From: Kiritimatiellia bacterium
Lineage (GTDB): Bacteria; Verrucomicrobiota; Kiritimatiellia; RFP12; UBA1067
Direction of reading: 5' to 3'
Assembly: GCA_050949565.1 (NCBI GenBank)
Contig: JBMNFY010000017.1
Span: forward strand, 224,001-288,000
DNA: 64,000 nt
Shown: piece by piece, positions 26,210 through 37,200 of the stretch
How the letters are laid out: each line of letters begins with the position of its first letter
How positions within the stretch are numbered: the stretch's first letter is position 1
Translations under genes and position numbers: made by a program
The notes under the pieces: model-generated
The model's input: the letters and a program-made list of their open reading frames with translations, nothing else
What the model was told of the DNA's origin: nothing
Databases searched by the model: none

Positions 26210-28930
26210 TTATGGACGCAGCACCTGCTCAAGGAAGCGGTAGATCTGCTCGTTGGATTCGGCGTTGGGTGCGTGTTTCGGGCGGTTGGTCATGGCCACG
26301 CGATTCGTCGCACCGAGCAGCGTGTTGACTTGGATTGCATGGCGCAGCGCGTTCCAGCGCTCGGGCGGATCCTCCGCGCCGCCGGAAACCAAGAAAGGCC
26401 GGGGCGCCATCAAGGCGTGCAGGTCGGTCAGGTCGAGCCCCTCTTCGCGCAATTTGAGATAGAGACCGCGCCCGGGGTTTTCCGGCGTCATCATGCCGCG
26501 CTTGCGCCACGGCTTCGGATGGTAGCCCAGATACCACGGTTCCCAATAGTTGATCGAGGGGCGGTCCTCCCTGAAGACAATACCCGGATCGGACCAGACG
26601 CCGCAAGCGAAACGGTCGTACAGGCACGAGGCGAACATCGCCCACTTGCCGCCGAATGAGTGCCCGACGATCCCGACGCGCGCGGGATCGACACACGCCT
26701 CTTTCACCAGCGCTTGATACGCATTGGCCGCTGCATAGGCCAGCATTGAGAGCGGCTGCACCGTCGCCTCTTGCAGCGAAGGCCAGTAGAGCGCGAACTC
26801 GTTGCGCTTGGAAGCTTCGCGCGTACCGATCGAGAGCGTCACGAAACCGCGCCGCGCAAGCTGGATCGCAAAATCGCGATAGGGCTTGCCGTCGATCCCC
26901 ACCGCCGTCTCAGGCTCATAAAACACCGTCACAACCGCCGCGCGCGGTCCCTCGCCATCGGGCACCAGCAGATACCCGTCCGTGCTCTCTTGCGGCAGCC
27001 AGTTGAAGCGCACGGCGTGCCGTACAAAACCCTCGCAACGCTCGCTCCCCTGCACGCGCAACGTCTGATTGGTGATCAGCGACGGCCACACACCCATGCG
27101 CCCATGCCACGTACGCAGAATTTCTTCACGGCGACGCGACCACGCCGCCGCATCGCGTACCGGCGTGCCATCGTCGAAGCGCAGCGGCGAGCGATAGGCG
27201 TCTGACGCATCGACTAAATCCGGCGGCGGCGCAAAGGCCGATGGCGGCAAGCCCGGCCCGTGCAACGCGGCGAAGGCCAAGTCAAGCGCCTCAAACCCCT
27301 GCGTATCGAGATCCAGAGCCAGCGGCACGAGCGACGGTTTTTCGTTGGTCCAGAGATACGGATAGACGGCATAGGTCGGCAGATACGCGACAGTCGGCGC
27401 GGCCTTGGGCCACGCGGCGCCGACCACATGCGCCGTCTCTTGATCGTAGAGCGTAACCAGCGGCGCGATCCACTCCACAGCTTCGGGCGTGAAGAGGGTC
27501 GTATTACTGGGAATGTGCCACCCCGCTTCAAAGCAGGGGTCGCGCGCCAGACGCCGGCGCGGCCACGCTCCGGCCTGCAACGAAAGCGTTGCATATGCGT
27601 TGGTGGCGACGGGCAGGCGTGTCCATGAGTACCAGAGCTTGCCGGGATCGTAACGCTTCACCGCCTGCGCCGGGAAGTCGCAGAGACGGCGGTCGGGCGG
27701 CGCACCGCCCACCCAAACGATCTTGCCGCCGGCCTTGCGGTACGCTACCAACTGATCCGTCAGCACCGACGGTTTCAGTGTGAAATAGGTGGCGGTCCGT
27801 TTCGCGAAAACAATCACCTGCGGGATACGCGCCGCGTCGATCCCTTCCGCCATCACCATGCGTACGTCAACCAATGCGGCGTTCTTGAACTGACGGCGCA
27901 AATGATGGACCGTCTGTGCCGCCAACACGCGATCGTTGAAGCCGAACATCCCCTCGTCCATGCGCCACGTGGGCTCGACAACCACGCCGATAAACGGACG
28001 GTCTTGGTGCTGCGGCTCCATCAAGCCCTCTGTCAGCGAGTCATCCTGCAGACGGCGTGTGACCGTGAAAGCCGAACAGGCGTCGCGGTAGCGTTGCCGG
28101 ATCGCATCCGTGACATCGGGGAGTTCTCCGTCGGCCGCGGCCAAGCGTTGCGCCGCCATGAAATCGCCCAGTATGCGCTCCACCGCCCAGCAACCGAGCA
28201 CGGCAAACTGCGCGGCGAGCGCATCGCGGCTGGCAGTATCTTTTTTTTCGATCCACGTGCACGCATGTTGCAGGATCGGCACACCGCGCGGCGCGCACAC
28301 CTCAACCCCGTGAATCCCCGACAGCATGACCTCCAGCACTGCGTCGGCTGCGGAACGCCCAGCATCGGCCACGGTCACCTTGTCAAGATGCGCCTGCCAG
28401 ATGGCGCGTGTCTCGGGCGTCGAGTCAACCCAGCTCAAATCCAGACCGCCGATGGGCTTGCCGTTCGGCAGGCGGAACGCCCAGTCGCGGTCGCTCCAGC
28501 CGTAGGTGGCCAGATGCACAATGGGATCGTGGTTGCAGGCGACCATGTCGGCGGTGGAGTGCGCCAGCGCACCCAGCCAGAGAGAGACGCTGTCGGCGCG
28601 ATTTTCGCGCAACGCCCGCGTCAGCAGCACGAAAGCCACAGCACGGCCCTCGTCCGCGTGGAACGCCCCGCTGTCCCGCATGTTGTGCGCCGCGAGGAAC
28701 GTCAGCTCTTCGGGCGTCACACGCGGGTTCTCCGCAAAGGCCGTGCGCACGTCCGGATAAAAGTTGTCGCGACAGAACTGCTCCAGCCGCTCGCCCTGCA
28801 AGGTCGTGCGCCACGGCTCGGGCAGACGCGCCGCGACCGCGCGGGCCACAACATTGTGACCCGCGCCCCAGCCGCAAGCGAGCCACGGCAACGTCAGCCA
28901 GCCGGCTGCAATCCACCACAGACTCTTCAT
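26210..28930 (-). CDS. Secreted fusion: Zn phospholipase C/P1-nuclease-like N-terminus + alpha/beta-hydrolase esterase
   Basis: Mature start WGAGH...PD...H...LAHSTAD; C-terminal RVGIVGHSFGGKWA, LHALMAPRPFLVSGG.ED. Confidence 0.7.
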   Translation of the reverse strand: MKSLWWIAAGWLTLPWLACGWGAGHNVVARAVAARLPEPWRTTLQGERLEQFCRDNFYPDVRTAFAENPRVTPEELTFLAAHNMRDSGAFHADEGRAVAFVLLTRALRENRADSVSLWLGALAHSTADMVACNHDPIVHLATYGWSDRDWAFRLPNGKPIGGLDLSWVDSTPETRAIWQAHLDKVTVADAGRSAADAVLEVMLSGIHGVEVCAPRGVPILQHACTWIEKKDTASRDALAAQFAVLGCWAVERILGDFMAAQRLAAADGELPDVTDAIRQRYRDACSAFTVTRRLQDDSLTEGLMEPQHQDRPFIGVVVEPTWRMDEGMFGFNDRVLAAQTVHHLRRQFKNAALVDVRMVMAEGIDAARIPQVIVFAKRTATYFTLKPSVLTDQLVAYRKAGGKIVWVGGAPPDRRLCDFPAQAVKRYDPGKLWYSWTRLPVATNAYATLSLQAGAWPRRRLARDPCFEAGWHIPSNTTLFTPEAVEWIAPLVTLYDQETAHVVGAAWPKAAPTVAYLPTYAVYPYLWTNEKPSLVPLALDLDTQGFEALDLAFAALHGPGLPPSAFAPPPDLVDASDAYRSPLRFDDGTPVRDAAAWSRRREEILRTWHGRMGVWPSLITNQTLRVQGSERCEGFVRHAVRFNWLPQESTDGYLLVPDGEGPRAAVVTVFYEPETAVGIDGKPYRDFAIQLARRGFVTLSIGTREASKRNEFALYWPSLQEATVQPLSMLAYAAANAYQALVKEACVDPARVGIVGHSFGGKWAMFASCLYDRFACGVWSDPGIVFREDRPSINYWEPWYLGYHPKPWRKRGMMTPENPGRGLYLKLREEGLDLTDLHALMAPRPFLVSGGAEDPPERWNALRHAIQVNTLLGATNRVAMTNRPKHAPNAESNEQIYRFLEQVLRP

Positions 28931-28960
28931 TCCGTACTCCGTCGCAGCAACGCTACGCGG

Positions 28961-31219
28961 TTACTTTCCAAACAGCACGCGCGTCAGTTCCGCCAGTTGC
29001 TCGGCCGGGATTTTGATCTTTTTCCGGTCGTAGGTTATGAGGCCGTTGATTTCGCCCTCGACATCGGTGGTCTGCGTGTAGACGCCGCCGGCGATACCTT
29101 GAGTGCGCAATTCATTCAGCATACGGATCGAGGTGGCCACGCGCTCCTTGTACTCCTCCTCGCTCTTCGGCAGACCGCCGTACCCCCAGTTATCCCGGTC
29201 GGCATCCCACAGATGCCCCTTCACCGGATAACCGTGCCCGCCGAACTCGCCGACGACCTTGATGAACCCATCGAAGCGTCCGCCCTGCCCCTGATCAAAG
29301 GGGAAGCCCGGATGCGGATAGCGATGGGCGTCCACAACGTCTCCCACCGGCCAGAAGTTACCGCCGCTGGCGATATTGACGAGACGCGTCGGGTCGCGCT
29401 GCACCACCCACTTGCCCACTTCGAGCGTGCGGTGCTGTCCCCACGCCTCGTTAAAGGGCACCCAGCAGACGATCGACGGATGACTTTCCAAGGTGTTAAT
29501 CATGCGCGCCAACTCCAGCATGAACTGGACGTGGTGCTCATCCGGCCACTCTGCATCTACCGGATCGGGCTTGAGGAAGGTCCATTTCGCGCCCTTGCCA
29601 CCGCTCACGTGATCCTGCCAGACCATGATCCCCAACCGGTCGCAGTGGTAATAGTAGAGGCGCGGCTCGACCTTGATGTGCTTGCGGATCATGTTGAAGC
29701 CCGCGCGTTTCAGCCAGTCGATCTCAAACACCATCGCCTCTTCAGAAGGCGGCGTGAGCAATCCGTCCGGCCACCATCCTTGATCCAGCGGCCCCCAGTG
29801 GAACAGCGTCTCGCCATTCAGCGTAAAGCGCAGGTGGCCTTGAGCATCCTTGGCCTTGCCGACCGTGCGGATGCCGGCATACGACGCGACGCTATCCACC
29901 ACCCGGCCGCCATCGTCCAGCAAGTCCAACTCAAGCGCATAGAGGTGCGGAGAACGCGGCGACCACAGCTTGGCGTTCGCGACGGTCAGCAACACTTCCT
30001 GACCGGCGCGCCCCACGCTGTTCGCCACTTGGCGATCACCATCCTTGACGCGCACGGCAAGTGCCTGAGCGCCGCCCTCCACGGCGGCAGTGATCTTGAT
30101 CGCGCCGGTGGCCGCATCGGTGCGGATCAACAGATTCCGGATGTAGCTGGCACCGACCTGTTCCAGCCACACGGTCTGCCAGATACCGGAAACCTGAGTG
30201 TACCAGATGCCGCGCGGGTCCAGCGTCTGCTTGCCGCGCAGTTGGAATCCTTCCTGCTCGTCCTCCACGCGCACCACCACCTCATTCTCGCCGACCCGCA
30301 CCCTGTCCGTGATGTCCAGCGTGAACGGCGTGTTGCCGCCGCGGTGTCCGCCGGCCTGTTTGCCGTTGACCATCACTTGGCACCGATAATCAACCGCCTC
30401 GAAATTCAGCAGCGTGCGCTCGGCCGCCGCCACGGTGAACGTGCGCCGGTACCAGAGCGCCTGATCCTTGCGCAACGCCTTCTGAACACCGCCCAGCTTG
30501 GACTCCAGACAGAACGGCACGCGGATACGTCCCTGCCACTGCTTGGGCGGCTCGCGTTGCGCGACCGGCGTGATGGCATACTCCCACAATCCATTTAGAT
30601 TCTGCCACTGCTTACGTTGCAGTTGCGGGCGCGGATAGCTCTGCCAGGCATTCTGATCGGTCACCTTCTCACCCCACGGCGTGATCAGGTCGCTGCGAAA
30701 AACCTCGCGTTCCGGCGTCGGCAGGACTGGCACCTGATCGGCCTCGATCAGATGCACGTCGATGAACTGACCACCTACCTCTTGTTTGCAAAAGACCGCC
30801 AGCAAATTCTCGCCCTGCTTAACGAGCGCCCGGTGCTCATCTGCCAGCGGAAACACGCCGTAGTCCGTGCGATAGCCTGTGAGCGCCATCACACGTTGAC
30901 CGTTGAGATAAATCTCGGCATCTTCGTCGTGATGAACCAGCAGCGCGGGCTTTTTCAGAGCAGCGGCCAGAGGCACGCGCTTGCGCAGCCAAATCGTCTT
31001 CGTGCGCCACACCGTGCCCACGCGCGCGCCCGGCGTGCCGACCGTACCAAATCCACCATTGCCCTTCTTCCAGGAGGCGTCATCATACGCGGCGGTCTGC
31101 CACGGCCCCTGGGGCGCCTCAAGCGTATAGCGCCACTGATCCACGATCTGCGCCGAAAGCGCGACCGGCAACGCTACACAGAGCGCCAACCCGATACCAC
31201 GACCCTTTTGTAAACACAT
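28961..31219 (-). CDS. Glycoside hydrolase family 2 (beta-galactosidase/glucuronidase-like)
   Basis: YPRPQ..R..W.NLNGLWEY, LNFEAVDY, SGIWQTVWLE, LDQGWWPDG, WVPFNEAWG, GEFGG, YTQTTDVEGEINGL. Confidence 0.92.
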   Translation of the reverse strand: MCLQKGRGIGLALCVALPVALSAQIVDQWRYTLEAPQGPWQTAAYDDASWKKGNGGFGTVGTPGARVGTVWRTKTIWLRKRVPLAAALKKPALLVHHDEDAEIYLNGQRVMALTGYRTDYGVFPLADEHRALVKQGENLLAVFCKQEVGGQFIDVHLIEADQVPVLPTPEREVFRSDLITPWGEKVTDQNAWQSYPRPQLQRKQWQNLNGLWEYAITPVAQREPPKQWQGRIRVPFCLESKLGGVQKALRKDQALWYRRTFTVAAAERTLLNFEAVDYRCQVMVNGKQAGGHRGGNTPFTLDITDRVRVGENEVVVRVEDEQEGFQLRGKQTLDPRGIWYTQVSGIWQTVWLEQVGASYIRNLLIRTDAATGAIKITAAVEGGAQALAVRVKDGDRQVANSVGRAGQEVLLTVANAKLWSPRSPHLYALELDLLDDGGRVVDSVASYAGIRTVGKAKDAQGHLRFTLNGETLFHWGPLDQGWWPDGLLTPPSEEAMVFEIDWLKRAGFNMIRKHIKVEPRLYYYHCDRLGIMVWQDHVSGGKGAKWTFLKPDPVDAEWPDEHHVQFMLELARMINTLESHPSIVCWVPFNEAWGQHRTLEVGKWVVQRDPTRLVNIASGGNFWPVGDVVDAHRYPHPGFPFDQGQGGRFDGFIKVVGEFGGHGYPVKGHLWDADRDNWGYGGLPKSEEEYKERVATSIRMLNELRTQGIAGGVYTQTTDVEGEINGLITYDRKKIKIPAEQLAELTRVLFGK

Positions 31220-31340
31220 ATATGCCCCTTTCCTGCGCGGCACCTTGCCCGTGTCTCCATACGCCAACAGACAAAATGTCCACGTGTTTTTAGTGTGTGT
31301 TTGGACGTTAACACATTCCGCGTGTCAGATCAACTGGCGA

Positions 31341-34115
31341 CTATTCCCCAAACTTCGGCATCAGCGCACGCGATACCGCCACCGGCGACCCGTGCTCATC
31401 CAGCAACTCGTCGAGCACCGGGCGTGTGTCGCCCCAGAACGCGTCGTAATCATCCGCGAGCGCTTGGCGCACCGACTCCGGCTGATCTAGCCCGTGGTGC
31501 AGTGCAAAGGCCTGCGCCAGCAACAACACAGCCTGTTCGAGCGGTTCACGTGCGGCATCGAAGGCGAGCGCCGCGATCAACTGGCGCGCCCGACGGTAGG
31601 CCAGCAACGCCTCGCGCCGCAACACTTGGGCCTGCGCCTTGTCGCTTCCCAGTTCGAGCCGGGGTTGCGCCAGCCCTCCGGCGCGGGAGAAGAGCGTGCG
31701 CCTCTCGCCGCCCGCATGCTCCAGCACACCATGCGTCAACAACCGCTTGAGCGCTTCGTAGGCGGCGCGTCCGGCCACCTCCACCACCGGCACGTGGTGC
31801 GCATCCACATTGCCGAACCAGTCTGCGCGCACCCGTTCGACGTAGGCCGTGACTGCGCGCAAATCGCCTTCCGCAACGACCCACAGCACGGGGCGCGGCT
31901 GCGACGCCGGACAGACGCGCTCACAAAGCCAAAGCGCGTCTCCCAGCCGTTCCACAAGCATCGCCGCAAAGCCCAGTTCGGGATCAACCGCGCGTAACGC
32001 CTCGCTCGAAGGCATCGTCGCCACACGCACCGACCGCGTCGGCACCGGCACCAGCGACGCGAGACGACGCAAAAAGCCCTGACGCCCCGTGCCGATGAGT
32101 TGCTCATCAAGCGCGGCATCGCCGCCCAGCACGCCGTCCGTCAGCAAGCGTTTGCGCGCCAGCGTCTCGATCATGCGCGCTTCGATACTGTCTCCCGTGA
32201 CCAGATTGACGACCGTCACACTGCGCATCTGATGTTTGCGCCACGCCCGCGATATCCGTTGTTCCAAGCGCGCCGGATTCCACGGCAAGTCACAGTTGAT
32301 CACAACACTCGCCTGTTGCAGATTCAACCCCTGCCCGCCGATGTCGGTGGAGAGGAAAACGCGGCAGTCCGCATCATTTTTGAAGCGCTGAATCTCCCGA
32401 CGCCTGTTTTTCTGCGGTACCGATCCCGTATGCCACGCCGTCTCCACACCCATTTGCGTGCAACGCGTCCGCACAAGCTGCAGCATGCGCTCCCACTCTG
32501 AAAAGACCAGCACTTTCACGCCGGGCGTGGAAAGCGCACTCTCCAGCAGGTCTTGAATTTCGTTGAGTTTCGGGCAAATACGGCAGGTCTCATCCAAGAT
32601 GTACGGCGTGTCACACAGCATGCGCATCATCGACAGCTCGCGCTGCAAGCGGTCGGCTTCAGCTTTCGAAAGCGTCCGTGTACGTGACTGCGCCAACAGC
32701 CGCGCCACGCGCTCCTCATGCACCGTGTATCGCGCGCGCTGTTCCGGATCCATCGCCACGAACACCGTGCGGTCGGTCCGGTCCGGCAGTTCCTTCTCGA
32801 CATCGACCTTGCGCCGGCGCAACAAAAACGGCTGGATGCGCTCGCGCAGGAGTTGCAGATTCTTGTACCCCACCGGCCGGCCGTTCTCGTCGAGCACGTA
32901 AAAATCGCGGTTAAAGCGGAAGAGCGGTCCGAGCACCTGCGGGTCCAGCATCGACATCAACGAGTAGATATCGTCAATCCGGTTCTCCAGCGGCGTGCCG
33001 GTCAACACAAAGGCGTAACGGCTCCGGATTTTTTTCACCGACTGCGCGGTCTTGGTGTTCCAGTTTTTGACACGTTGCGCTTCGTCCAGAATCACGCAGT
33101 CGGGCTTCAGCACCGTATTGATCAGTTCGATGTCACGCACGACCTGCTCGTAGTTGGTCAGCATGAAGAAGGCCGGTTGCTCATACGCCTCCTTGCGTGC
33201 GGAGCGGTCACCGAACACGGGCAGGTAAGAGAGATCGGAAAAGAGCCGGATCTGCTCCTCCCACTCGGTTTTCACAGAGGCGGGTGCCACCACCAGCACG
33301 CGCTGGACATGTCCCAGTCGATGGAGCAACGCGGCCGCAGCCACAGCTTGCGCGGTTTTGCCAAGCCCCATCTCGTCAGCCAGCAATGCGCGCTCGGTGA
33401 AGGCCAGATGCAACATGCCTTCGCGCTGATACGGCAACAGCGGCAGCTTGGTCTCCTGCGTCGGATAGCGGCCACTGCGAACCTGCTGTTCGTAGTCACG
33501 TCGCCGTCTGATCCGTTCCTCGTTACGCTGGCGCTGAGCGCGCCAAGCGGCAACCTCCTGCGAGATGCGCAGGGCGGAACGGCCATTCCTCTGAAAGACG
33601 TCCAGAACCTCCTGCTCGCCGTACTCCGGCAGGGCCAATCCGGTGATGTCGAAAAATCCACGGAGCGTCGGCGGCAACAGATTCAGGTTGCGCTCCACCA
33701 TCAGGCGTCCGGTGGCCGTATCCGGCACAAGGTCGATGCGCGTCGAGCCCCACTCCTCGGCCTGAACCAGCGCAAGCGACTCCTCGCGCAGCCACCGCAA
33801 CACCCCTTCGACATGCTTGCAGGTACCGAGCCCGTTCACACGGAAATCCACGCAGGTGCAGGCACTGACCAAGGGCGTCAGGCTGCGCAGTTCCACCTGA
33901 TAGGTCTGGCCGCTCGCCGACGCCACGCTGAAGTTAGAAAAGACCGGATGCGCGGGCGTCAGGTTGCTGAAACGCATCGGCTCCTGCGCCGCGCGTACCC
34001 TGCGCCGGTTGATCTCATCCTGATCGGTCGTGCGCCAATTACTACCTGACGGGACGTCAGGCAGATTCTCGTCAGCCACGCTCTTCGGTCGTTCCTGATT
34101 GGGGATATTGCTCAC
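31341..34115 (-). CDS. SWIM zinc finger + SNF2-family helicase
   Basis: CTCVDF...CKH; LLADEMGLGKT; LDEAQRVKN; LTGTPLEN; GLNLQQA..DLPWNPARLEQR. Confidence 0.92.
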   Translation of the reverse strand: MSNIPNQERPKSVADENLPDVPSGSNWRTTDQDEINRRRVRAAQEPMRFSNLTPAHPVFSNFSVASASGQTYQVELRSLTPLVSACTCVDFRVNGLGTCKHVEGVLRWLREESLALVQAEEWGSTRIDLVPDTATGRLMVERNLNLLPPTLRGFFDITGLALPEYGEQEVLDVFQRNGRSALRISQEVAAWRAQRQRNEERIRRRRDYEQQVRSGRYPTQETKLPLLPYQREGMLHLAFTERALLADEMGLGKTAQAVAAAALLHRLGHVQRVLVVAPASVKTEWEEQIRLFSDLSYLPVFGDRSARKEAYEQPAFFMLTNYEQVVRDIELINTVLKPDCVILDEAQRVKNWNTKTAQSVKKIRSRYAFVLTGTPLENRIDDIYSLMSMLDPQVLGPLFRFNRDFYVLDENGRPVGYKNLQLLRERIQPFLLRRRKVDVEKELPDRTDRTVFVAMDPEQRARYTVHEERVARLLAQSRTRTLSKAEADRLQRELSMMRMLCDTPYILDETCRICPKLNEIQDLLESALSTPGVKVLVFSEWERMLQLVRTRCTQMGVETAWHTGSVPQKNRRREIQRFKNDADCRVFLSTDIGGQGLNLQQASVVINCDLPWNPARLEQRISRAWRKHQMRSVTVVNLVTGDSIEARMIETLARKRLLTDGVLGGDAALDEQLIGTGRQGFLRRLASLVPVPTRSVRVATMPSSEALRAVDPELGFAAMLVERLGDALWLCERVCPASQPRPVLWVVAEGDLRAVTAYVERVRADWFGNVDAHHVPVVEVAGRAAYEALKRLLTHGVLEHAGGERRTLFSRAGGLAQPRLELGSDKAQAQVLRREALLAYRRARQLIAALAFDAAREPLEQAVLLLAQAFALHHGLDQPESVRQALADDYDAFWGDTRPVLDELLDEHGSPVAVSRALMPKFGE

Positions 34116-34269
34116 GGTCCCTCACTTTCATGGGTTCGATGGTAGCAGAGCAGCCGGGCAAGCGCAAGACTCGTCAATCTTCGCGATTTGCGATTTGAGA
34201 TTCCATTTCCACCCGTAGCGTGATATTCTTCGTGACACTGACGAAAACGCCTTACGATTGGAGTCCAAC

Positions 34270-37200
34270 ATGAACGTCCTGCGAATCGTGACTGTGTGTG
34301 CCTGTTTTGCCCTGGTACAGAATGCATGGCGCGCGTGCGCCCAGACCCTCACTTGGAACTCGAATGCGCCGGACGCGGTATGGGACTCCACATCGCTCAA
34401 CTGGCTCGAAAACGGTACGCCTACCGCCTGGACGGCCGGCGCGCATGCCGTCTTTCCGGCCGCCGCATCAAGCACGTTGATCGAAGTCACCGAGGAACTC
34501 ACCGTCTCTTCGATCTCTTTTGATGTCGGCGCTTCGGGTATCACGTTGGCCGGTGTGGGACGCCTGTGGGCCACGGCCATCACGGTTACCGACGCCGCCA
34601 CCACCAATGCCGTCGCCACCGAGTTGTCCGCGCTGAGCGGACTCACGGTCACCGGCCCCGGTGCACTCGCCTTGGGCCGCGTGTCCGGCCGCGTGACGCT
34701 GGTATCCGGCACTCTTCTGGCCACAGCCTCGGATTTCGCTACCGCGATCGTCCATGTCGAAGGCGGTACGTTGCAGACGCTCGGCGCGCCAGACCGCGCC
34801 CACAATCTGTTGGCCAACGACTCGTTCGAAGAGCCTTCGCTGGATGCCAACTCCTACAAGTACGTCGCCGCCGGCGGGAACGGCGTCATTGCATCATGGG
34901 GGACCACCCTCGGGGGATTCATCGCACGTTGCTACCCGACAACGCCGACGTCCACCTGGATCTCGGGCGGTTCGGTCCCCGACGGCAACCACGTCCTGAT
35001 CGTCCAGCGCCACGGCTCAGTCACCCAGTCCTTCCATGTGGCCACGTCCGGCTTCTATCAGCTTGCATTCGACCATTTCCGGCGTCGCGGCTTTCCGCCG
35101 CACCTGATCACGCCCTCCATCGACGGCAAACGCCTCCCTCCGATCCTGACAGTCAATGACCAATTCGACACCGCCCACTACACCTCGGTGCCGGTCTACC
35201 TGAACGCTGGCACGCATATCGTCGGCTTCAAGGGTTGTGGCACCTGGTACGACTCATCCACCATGATCGACCTCGCGATTATTGCCCCGCTTTCGACCAC
35301 CCAACCCTGCCGCGCACTCGGCGTGGACTCCTCGGTCACGCTGGCGACCGGCGGCGCCGCGCTGCTCAATCACGCCGGCAACCTGCCGCTGACGTTCTTG
35401 GATGTCGCCGGCAACGTGACAGGCCCCGGCACCTGGTCCGCCTCGACCCATGCCTACGCCTATGACAGTGCTTGGTCGCCGTCGGCACCAGTCGATGACG
35501 TCTCCGCGACACTCGCGTTCCACGGCGATGCATCGGTCCCCTCCGCACTCGCCCGTCATTTACTGATTGCCGAGCCCGCCACGATCAGTGGAGCGGGTGT
35601 CACGCTTTCCAATCTCGTGGCCACTTTCGATGCCACGCCCCGCCTCACCGCATTCGCGCCGGCCACCTTCTCGCTCCCGCTGGCAGTGCCGGTGGTCGCG
35701 TCAGGCGACCCGGACATCACCAGCGAGGCGAACACACACCCGTTCTCGCTCTTCATCGATGCCGCAGCGCCGGTGACCCTCAACGCTCTCACCAACCACC
35801 GCTATGCGGCCTTCGTCAAGACCGGTCCCGCCGCTGTCACCTTAAAGCAGCCGCTCAATAGCGCCCCCAACACGGACCGACCGCAAGCCGGATTCACTGT
35901 TTTCGACGGCGAACTGATCTTGCCTGCGTTTGTCACCAGTAGCGCCACACCCAATGAAACCTTCATCCACGCATTGCCGGCCCGCCGCGCCGCCCTGACG
36001 CTCACGCAGGACTCGCAGTTCCGCGGCGGCAATATTGTGCTGGGCGGCGACGGCGTTCCGTCGCTGAACATCCTTGCCCCCGTACACAACACTGGACGCA
36101 CCCTGCTGCATGCCACCTTGAACACGCTGCAGATCGCCGACGGTGTCCTCTATTCGACTGCCTGCCTCGCGCGCAACATCTATGTCTCCGACATCACCGG
36201 CAAAGGCGCATTGCTCAAAACCGGTACCGGCATCTTGGAGGTGCGCGGCGTGCCGCCAGGCTCCAGTATCCCCGGCTATCTCGGACAAACCATCATCCGC
36301 GCCGGGACGCTCCGCATCTTGGCGGATGACAACCCGGCCGGCAACGGCGGTGCGCTCGGCCAGACCCCGGCTTCTGTCCCGATCCTGCTCGGCGACGCGC
36401 TCACCGGTGCCGGTGACGCCCCGACACTGGAACTGGCCGGCAATGCTTCGCTCGTCGCCCACGACATCACCGTTACCGACGTACCACCCGCACAGGCCAC
36501 GCTGGCACTGGACGCCGTGCCTGCCGCTCGTTATACCGGTTCTGTGACCCTGCACGGCGCGCTCCGACTCCGCGCCCCCGCAAACGCCTCGATCACCTTC
36601 AATACGCTTTCCGCGCCCACCGCGCCGCAGCCGTTGCTTCTCGACGGCGTCGCCAGCCTGACCGTGAACAACGCCTCCGGCGTCACGCTGAACCTCGCCG
36701 ACCGCAACCTGACCCTTTCACCCGGTACCGCCGCACCCACTGCGTTTCACACGCTGACCGCCGACCGCGCCGATTTCACCTTTGAGTTCTCCGCCACCAA
36801 CGACACCGTGGTCGCCAACGCGCTGGTCTTGTCCAACGTGACCGTCAAAGCGATGTATGCCGGTACCGACCTGCCGTTTTCGGAGCCCGGCACGTATCTC
36901 CTTTTCACGGCCCCCAGCCTTACCGCCAATCCGGACGCATTCACGGTCAGCAATCCGGTTGAAGGGTTCACCTACGCGTTCAACCGCGCAGGCGACAACA
37001 TCATGCTGACAATCAACGCCGATGCCGGCAACCCCGCCACCTTCTGGACTCATCCGACATCCGGCGATTTCGCCACCGCCGCCAACTGGAGCGGCGGTAC
37101 CGTGCCCGACGCCGCTGCCGACGCCACGCTCGGCTCGGCGATCACAAACGACGCCGTCGTGACGCTCACTGCGCCCGCCGCTGTCAACTCTTTGCGCATC

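Noticed and set aside
27902-30598. 898-aa plus-strand ORF (also 60215-62767, 13343-14914, 12630-14003, 32718-34049, 6775-8064, 3325-4551)
   Set aside because: Antisense or alternate-frame shadows of well-supported genes in high-GC DNA, with no recognisable motifs.
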